This document shows positions 1-5,121 of a DNA stretch of 5,922 nucleotides, in pieces. The notes beneath the pieces were generated by a model. That model was not told where the DNA came from, did not search any database, and was given only the letters and a program-made list of their open reading frames with translations. The number at the start of each line of letters is the position of its first letter. The stretch's first letter is position 1. Origin of the DNA: Amoeboradix gromovi X-113 (Eukaryota; Fungi; Sanchytriomycota); contig JADGIF010000617.1 of assembly GCA_018985225.1 (NCBI GenBank), forward strand, positions 1 through 5,922, written 5' to 3'. Made by a program: the position numbers and the translations under genes.

Positions 1-692
1 TTTCATTGATTCTATTCCCCTCTTCAAAATAAAACTAGATATGAGGTCTTTGAGCATCTAAGCAAAATGTGCATTTTCTTAGACGGTACTCTTTCTTCAT
101 TTCATTTAATGTTATACTAACATCATTACTCTTATCTATTCTAGTTTTACAGAGTGATAGTGATATTTTATTTGAAATAAAGACTAAATGAAAGAGTAAG
201 AGAATAGCTGTACAGGATATTTATTTTCCTTTTATACTCGTCAACTCCGCAACTAGCTGAATGTCCACTCGCCTCTTAAATAATGTTCCAAGTTGTTACA
301 GAAAGTTAGTCCAGTTTTTATATTTGATGTCCCACATGGAAAACACACCCAATAAATTACGAACTTTTTTATCGGCTGGATGTTTATGAGAAAAAGTCTA
401 GAAGTATTATACAAAGTATTAAAACAAAACCTACTACCTATTCTTCAGGTGGTACATCGTTGCTGTAAGTCCTTCTTCTCTGCTAGTCAATTCTTTAAAA
501 TGCTCACTTTCCAGTCTCCCTATAGGAGAGGAAAACTCGTGATATATTGATGCAACTGATTATCTTGCCCTATTAGTTCCAAAATCAATCGTATTCTCTT
601 TTATCCGATTCAGCTTAACTTTTACCGTGAAGTTATACAGAACCTGAGAGATCTGACTAGAGAAAGAAACTGCAGCGTTTTTAATAGATTAT

Positions 693-956
693 TTACTGTG
701 TTAATTTTAACAAGTTATCCATTACAGACATAAACCAGAACGGTAAATATGTGACTGTGCTATAAATAGTCAAACCAAGTCCCATAGCAAATAAGGTATT
801 AAATATGAAGGCTTCCCAAAATTCCAACATGTAAACATTGAGTATGATAGTATATCTAAGGTATATTAGTTTTAAAATTCCTTTCTTTTTAGGGTTAACT
901 ACAGTCTTTGGAAGATTTTTAAAAGACGCTTTCTGGAGCACTTGATTCTGTTTCAT
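693..956 (-). CDS. Serine palmitoyltransferase small regulatory subunit (ssSPT / SPTSSA-B family; Tsc3-like role), 87 aa
   Basis: The translation contains Y-LR-Y-xxxxx-VYMLEFWEAFIFN, then one hydrophobic helix ending IYSTVTYLP. This matches the ssSPT signature (human SPTSSA: FYYQYLLVTALYMLEPWERTVFN...LYTGYVFMP). The size fits the family. Confidence 0.85.
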   Translation of the reverse strand: MKQNQVLQKASFKNLPKTVVNPKKKGILKLIYLRYTIILNVYMLEFWEAFIFNTLFAMGLGLTIYSTVTYLPFWFMSVMDNLLKLTQ

Positions 957-1105
957 CGCTCAGCTTACTTAAATTTAAAGAAAATTAATATACGAGAGCT
1001 AAAGTATCGCTTCAAATCTTATATGGAACGTTATCTACTTTGATTAACGATTGTAACTTATTAATAATTAAATCTTAATTTTTTTTAAAACAGGGCTTTT
1101 TTTCC
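957..1105. promoter_or_regulatory. 149-bp divergent intergenic region, probable bidirectional promoter for the ssSPT and VSD genes
   Basis: Head-to-head ATGs at 956 (-) and 1106 (+). Very AT-rich, with a T-tract around 1079-1086. Inferred from position only. Confidence 0.5.
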
Positions 1106-1564
1106 ATGGAAAATACTGATCGCGTTACATGGAATGAGCTGGTACATCATCTAAGCAATCGCCTTTCGTATAGTCAACATTATGCCAAATTCTATATTGT
1201 ATTAATGATATTATCATTTTCTACTCTTTTGATTCCATGTGGGCCAGTGCTCTACATAATCGAATCATTTCTAACCGTTTCTCTGCTACTTGAGGTAGTT
1301 TTAAGAATGATGGCCATGGGATTCAACTATTTTCATGATGTTTTGAATATTGTAGATTTGTTTGTACTATTGTCTGTAGTCATGGTTGGCTGGCACTGTG
1401 ATTCTAAAGAGGATATCTTGTTCATTATAAGATGTTCTTTTCAAGCTATTAGGGTACTTGCTTTGGTCAGAAAACAGAACAGAAGAGTTCAGCACATTAT
1501 TCTGCCTATAACTGAGCAAGATTTGTTGGAAATGCAAGATTATAAATCTTTATTAAAGAAATGA
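1106..1564 (+). CDS. Stand-alone voltage-sensor-like (S1-S4, Ion_trans-like) membrane protein with no pore domain, 152 aa
   Basis: Four hydrophobic segments. S2 motif E53-x9-E63-xxx-R67-xxA-xG, S2-S3/S3 motif YF-xxxx-N-IV-D84, and an S4-like segment FIIRCSFQAIRVLALVRK. The stop at 1562-1564 abuts NIP7, so there is no room for S5-P-S6. Confidence 0.8.
   Translation: MENTDRVTWNELVHHLSNRLSYSQHYAKFYIVLMILSFSTLLIPCGPVLYIIESFLTVSLLLEVVLRMMAMGFNYFHDVLNIVDLFVLLSVVMVGWHCDSKEDILFIIRCSFQAIRVLALVRKQNRRVQHIILPITEQDLLEMQDYKSLLKK
1549..1557. terminator. Putative bidirectional polyadenylation signal TTTATTAAA (ATTAAA on +, AATAAA on -)
   Basis: ATTAAA at 1552-1557 (+) ends 4 nt before the VSD gene stop. 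AATAAA at 1554-1549 (-) lies 12 nt after the NIP7 stop. Confidence 0.45.
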
Positions 1565-1566
1565 TC

Positions 1567-2064
1567 TTAGATGTGTTCTTGGTCTCTCAAGTATTCTCCT
1601 AAATCTGCTTGATTGATTATTACAGTTTTTGTTGGATCCATGCTCAAACTTACAACTAGTCCAATTCCAGCATCTACACCTTCGGACGCTATGACAACTC
1701 CGTCTCCAACTTGCACATCGTCACTGATCTTTAAAATAGATCTCCTCAAGATAGATTGGCCGTATAACACTCCCATTCCTTTAACCTGCACCTTTCTAGA
1801 ATATTTTGACAGGACATGCAAACAACCAATCGTCAAGTGAATATGGTTATTGTGTGTAATTTTGGCAATGTAGATACCTGTGTGGATAAGTGATTTGCGA
1901 GGTACTGTGCTACAGTGGTTATCGACATGATTTGGAACCATGTAAATCCTATTACGCTGCAATCTAAACACGTACTCTTTAACGAGCTCAGGCAAATGAT
2001 TTTTAATAAATTTATGCAATTTCTCAAATAGCGCTTTTGATTCTGATTCTGTCAAGGGTCTCAT
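1567..2064 (-). CDS. NIP7: 60S ribosome biogenesis protein NIP7 (N-terminal pre-PUA plus PUA domain), divergent, 165 aa
   Basis: Diagnostic N-terminus MRPLTESESKALFEKL, plus YVFRLQRNRIY, LYG, GVVI and the C-terminal NQADLGEYLRDQE (family pattern HQADxGEYLRxE). Confidence 0.95.
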   Translation of the reverse strand: MRPLTESESKALFEKLHKFIKNHLPELVKEYVFRLQRNRIYMVPNHVDNHCSTVPRKSLIHTGIYIAKITHNNHIHLTIGCLHVLSKYSRKVQVKGMGVLYGQSILRRSILKISDDVQVGDGVVIASEGVDAGIGLVVSLSMDPTKTVIINQADLGEYLRDQEHI

Positions 2065-2232
2065 TAGTTTTATCCTCGATAGCCTAACAAAAGGGACTTA
2101 CGATATAAAATGCAGAACGAAGTAAAAGGGGTTTCAAAAAGACAAAGGATGCTGACGTACCTGTATACTTTTCATAGAGTATGTCACGGATGTTTATTTC
2201 TTTTTGGTCCCCGTTTCATATATTGAAAGTCA
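2065..2232. promoter_or_regulatory. 168-bp divergent intergenic region between NIP7 and the CBS-PB1 gene; may contain a 5' exon or uORF
   Basis: Head-to-head ATGs at 2064 (-) and 2233 (+). TATAAAA at 2104-2110. An in-frame upstream ORF spans 2110-2226. Confidence 0.45.
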
Positions 2233-3783
2233 ATGATGTCCAGTCGTGAGAAAAAAAAAGTTCTTGATCAAAAATTACGAAAGAGAGTATCCCTGGAGCT
2301 AAACAAACAGTCTGCTATTTCTACTCTGCTCAGTCTTAATAGACATCAAAGCAATGAATTCACTGGTAAAGTTGTTTCTCTCGAACAAGCGTCTGCCTTA
2401 CCATTGAAGCCTTCTACACCTCTTCCTATAGCTGCGAAGCATATGCTTAGTATGGGAGCGTCTTGCATACTCGTAGTTGAAGATTCTAAAATATTAGGCA
2501 TCGTTACTGATACTGATATTTCTCGCAAAGGCCTTGTTTCTGGCAGAGATATTCAGAACGTTGTGCTTTCAGATATAATGACTAGCAACCCCATAACTGT
2601 ACATCCATTAACAGATGCTGAAAATGCTTTGAGCTTAATGGTATCCAAGAAGTTCCGACATTTACCTGTTGTCGAGGAAAACGGCACCTGTGTGGGTATT
2701 CTTGATATCATTTCTCTGCTTCAAACTAGTTTAGATGGCTTAGACTCCTCGTTCAATGATGGCGTCACTGATGCACTTGATAACGCACTGCACAATGTAA
2801 AGCAAGACAATATGAAAAAATATTTGGATGCTGTTCGCAAAAGGTGTTGTGTTCCTAGTATGCGTGAAGTTTTGGATAAAAAATATGCAAATTTAACGCA
2901 AATTGAAATCCCAACTGTCAGTCTTCGTGATTCTGTAGTTGTTGCAGTCCAAAAGATGAGACTATACAACAGCACTGCTGTGCTAGTTACTAGTCAACCT
3001 ACATCTGGATTCTTCAATAAATCATATCTCAAGGGTATTTTAACAACAAAGGATATAATTTCTCGAGTATTAGCAACAGGATTGAATCCAGAAACCACGA
3101 GTATAGTTAGGATCATGACTCCTGATCCTGATAAGTTGAAAACTAACTCAACAGTTAAGGATGTCTTAACTTTAATGAGAGAGCGCAAGTATCTGCACAT
3201 GCCTGTAGAAGATGAGGAATCTAATACCATTCAAGGTTTGGTAGATGTGCTTGAATTGACTCATTTCGTACTAGACAGATTAAATGGTATGAGCAGCATT
3301 GAAGAAATGGGGGTTTTGTCTAACCTTGGATTAATCGATACTGTAATTCCTAGTGATTCTGCTAGTAATAATGCATCACCTGTGCCTAAAACAGCTAGAT
3401 CAATGCTAAGTGAAACAGACTCTCAAGTATTGAACGTTTTGAGCTTTAAATTTAGCACACCGGCTGGTAATGTTAGAGTGAAGGCAGATAGATTAATGAT
3501 GCTTCAAAAGATTATTCATTCCAAGATAGGAACGGACAAATTCCAGATATACTATGAGGACGAAGACAATGATGAAGTTGTAATGGAGAGCGAAGATGAT
3601 TTTGAAAGTGCTAGAACATTGGCAGTTTTAATGAAATGGTCTAGCATTAAGTTGATGGTAAAAATTGATGATGAACAGCTGTACCCAAGACATCAATATT
3701 TTAAAAGATTGGAATTGCCGTTGGTCGCCATAGCGAGCGCTGTGGTAGCTGTGATAGCATTTAATCTATTTATTAATAAATAA
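2233..3783 (+). CDS. CBS-pair x2 plus PB1 domain protein with C-terminal transmembrane anchor (CBSCBSPB / S. pombe Mug70-like), 516 aa; exact 5' start uncertain
   Basis: CBS motifs ILGIVTDTDI, DIMTSNPI, LMVSKKFRHLPVV, VGILDI, GILTTKDIISRVLATGLNP, IVRIMTPDPD, YLHMPV and GLVDVLELT. PB1 with N-terminal FKF and acidic OPCA motif YEDEDNDEVVMESEDDF. Terminal hydrophobic helix LPLVAIASAVVAVIAFNLFI. Confidence 0.93.
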   Translation: MMSSREKKKVLDQKLRKRVSLELNKQSAISTLLSLNRHQSNEFTGKVVSLEQASALPLKPSTPLPIAAKHMLSMGASCILVVEDSKILGIVTDTDISRKGLVSGRDIQNVVLSDIMTSNPITVHPLTDAENALSLMVSKKFRHLPVVEENGTCVGILDIISLLQTSLDGLDSSFNDGVTDALDNALHNVKQDNMKKYLDAVRKRCCVPSMREVLDKKYANLTQIEIPTVSLRDSVVVAVQKMRLYNSTAVLVTSQPTSGFFNKSYLKGILTTKDIISRVLATGLNPETTSIVRIMTPDPDKLKTNSTVKDVLTLMRERKYLHMPVEDEESNTIQGLVDVLELTHFVLDRLNGMSSIEEMGVLSNLGLIDTVIPSDSASNNASPVPKTARSMLSETDSQVLNVLSFKFSTPAGNVRVKADRLMMLQKIIHSKIGTDKFQIYYEDEDNDEVVMESEDDFESARTLAVLMKWSSIKLMVKIDDEQLYPRHQYFKRLELPLVAIASAVVAVIAFNLFINK

Positions 3784-3784
3784 A
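3775..3784 (+). terminator. Putative poly(A) signals (two overlapping AATAAA) fused with the CBS-PB1 stop codon
   Basis: Sequence AAT AAA TAA A gives AATAAA at 3775-3780 and at 3779-3784. The TAA stop is 3781-3783. Confidence 0.45.
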
Positions 3785-3955
3785 GATAATATCACTCATG
3801 GACGTGATTGCTTTGCCTTCATTTCAAGGATACGTAATTGGCATTTGTAACTAAGCTGCTGGTTTAAGATTTCACTCCTTCAATTTCTATGGCTTGTGAT
3901 GTTTTTAACTTGGGGTTCCAAGAATAGTAGTCAACCAATAATAAAAACTATGCAC

Positions 3956-3964
3956 TATAAATAG
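3956..3964 (+). promoter_or_regulatory. Candidate TATA box of the FG-GAP gene
   Basis: TATAAATAG begins 31 nt upstream of ATG 3987. Specificity is low in AT-rich DNA. Confidence 0.3.
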
Positions 3965-3986
3965 CAGATAAGCCTGAGAAACCAAA

Positions 3987-5111
3987 ATGTTTATCAGTTG
4001 CATTTCAGCTACACAGCTGCTCAGCACCTTAAGCGTTCCTAACCCTGCGTTCCTTGGTCTAGTCGATGACAAGTTGACTGTTAGTTCATTTAGTCTTTTT
4101 AGTTCCAAAATTATCCAGTTTGGATATTCGTCAGAATCCAAATCATTCTCAGATGGACTAACTGTACCTAACTCAAACAAGATGTATTGGCCAAATGAAA
4201 TTGTGAACACCAATACACCTTCTAAGGGGGCCTTGATTGGTGACGGTTTCTTAGTTCCAGGTAAAGCTCAAGGTTCCATTTGGTTCTTAGCAAATGGTGC
4301 TGCGAAACCCATAACACCCAAGATGTCTGGATGGTTTTATCACAAAGTCCTGGAATTAGACGTCAACAAGGATGGAATAATGGATTTAATTAGTTGTAGA
4401 GCTAAAGTCGGAAGTTTTGGTGGTGAGACACTCTCTAAACTTGTTTGGCTTGATGGTTCAAAGAACTTCAAGGAGTTTGAAATTTTAGACGGCTGCGATG
4501 TCAACTTTATAATTACCGATTTGGATAACGACGGTTTCAAGGAAATTATTTATTCTGGCTTCTGGAGTCAATCCCTGTCAATTGTAACTACGTCAAATGG
4601 TAGATTCGACAATTTTGAAAGTCTTTCAATCACTGAAATTACCAACAAGATTGGCAACATATTCAATTTGCAATTGGCTGACATAAATAATGACGGAATA
4701 ATGGAAATACTAGTGAGCAATCATCAAACAAAGAAAGACTCTGTCAAAGGTGCTGTGTACACATTTACACCTAATATGGTCGGCAAAATAGAGCAATGGG
4801 AATGGATTATGAACATCATAATAAACAATATCCCTGTTCGCAACACTGGACCCAATGAAGCCTCACCGGGTACTGCAATCACTTTACCAAAACACAACTC
4901 AAAAGGTTACCCGTACATCGCAGTAAGTGGTGATGGATCGCAAGACGTTTTGATGTTGATTCCTACAAATTCAGAATTTCAATACACAGCAGAGGTAATA
5001 ACAGATTGTGGTTCAACTGTAGGTGAGCTGCTTTATGGTGCATTGGATGGAGAAGACTTATTGATGGTTCCCTGTTATGGAGAGAGCGAAATTAGATTTT
5101 ACAAACTGTAA
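3987..5111 (+). CDS. FG-GAP/VCBS-repeat beta-propeller protein (integrin-alpha N-terminal-like Ca-binding blades), probably secreted, 374 aa
   Basis: Long open frame in an AAAATG context. Three repeats DVNKDGIMDL (aa125), DLDNDGFKEI (aa178) and DINNDGIMEI (aa232) are spaced 53-54 aa apart, with a degenerate ALDGEDLL near the C-terminus. Beta-rich composition and no transmembrane helix. Confidence 0.8.
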   Translation: MFISCISATQLLSTLSVPNPAFLGLVDDKLTVSSFSLFSSKIIQFGYSSESKSFSDGLTVPNSNKMYWPNEIVNTNTPSKGALIGDGFLVPGKAQGSIWFLANGAAKPITPKMSGWFYHKVLELDVNKDGIMDLISCRAKVGSFGGETLSKLVWLDGSKNFKEFEILDGCDVNFIITDLDNDGFKEIIYSGFWSQSLSIVTTSNGRFDNFESLSITEITNKIGNIFNLQLADINNDGIMEILVSNHQTKKDSVKGAVYTFTPNMVGKIEQWEWIMNIIINNIPVRNTGPNEASPGTAITLPKHNSKGYPYIAVSGDGSQDVLMLIPTNSEFQYTAEVITDCGSTVGELLYGALDGEDLLMVPCYGESEIRFYKL

Positions 5112-5115
5112 TAAA
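5110..5115 (+). terminator. Putative poly(A) signal AATAAA overlapping the stop codon of the FG-GAP gene
   Basis: CTG TAA TAAA: the stop at 5109-5111 shares two A residues with AATAAA at 5110-5115. Confidence 0.45.
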
Positions 5116-5121
5116 TACTAT

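Noticed and set aside
436-688. Stop-codon reassignment (TAA as Gln) to join minus-strand frames broken by a single TAA
   Set aside because: TAA ends NIP7 and ARPC3 at their conserved C-termini, and the long genes have no in-frame TAR codons.
1106-1564. Annotation as the Hv1 proton channel or as a full voltage-gated channel
   Set aside because: No S1 Asp, no RxWRxxR/K in S4, and no pore domain or space for one.
1613-2027. ORFs 1613..1840 (+) and 1833..2027 (-)
   Set aside because: Antisense or alternate-frame shadows of NIP7 with no recognisable motifs.
2986-3033. Extra loop TSQPTSGFFNKSYLK in the third CBS repeat as an in-frame retained intron
   Set aside because: The GT-AG pairs either shift the frame (41 nt) or delete a needed strand and turn (48 nt). 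A real loop insertion is more likely.
2346-3230. Minus-strand ORFs 2346..2528, 2721..2975 and 2994..3230
   Set aside because: Antisense shadows inside the well-supported CBS-PB1 coding sequence.
3891-3977. Possible box C/D snoRNA (GGCTTG/TAAGCC terminal stem, TGATGT, CAGA or CTGA, internal CTTGG-GGTT-CCAAG hairpin)
   Set aside because: Both boxes deviate from consensus or are misplaced relative to the stem, no rRNA guide is recognisable, and the region overlaps the likely promoter. An Infernal or snoscan hit would be needed.
3905-4540. Minus-strand ORFs 3905..4213 and 4340..4540
   Set aside because: Largely antisense to the FG-GAP gene and without protein-family features.
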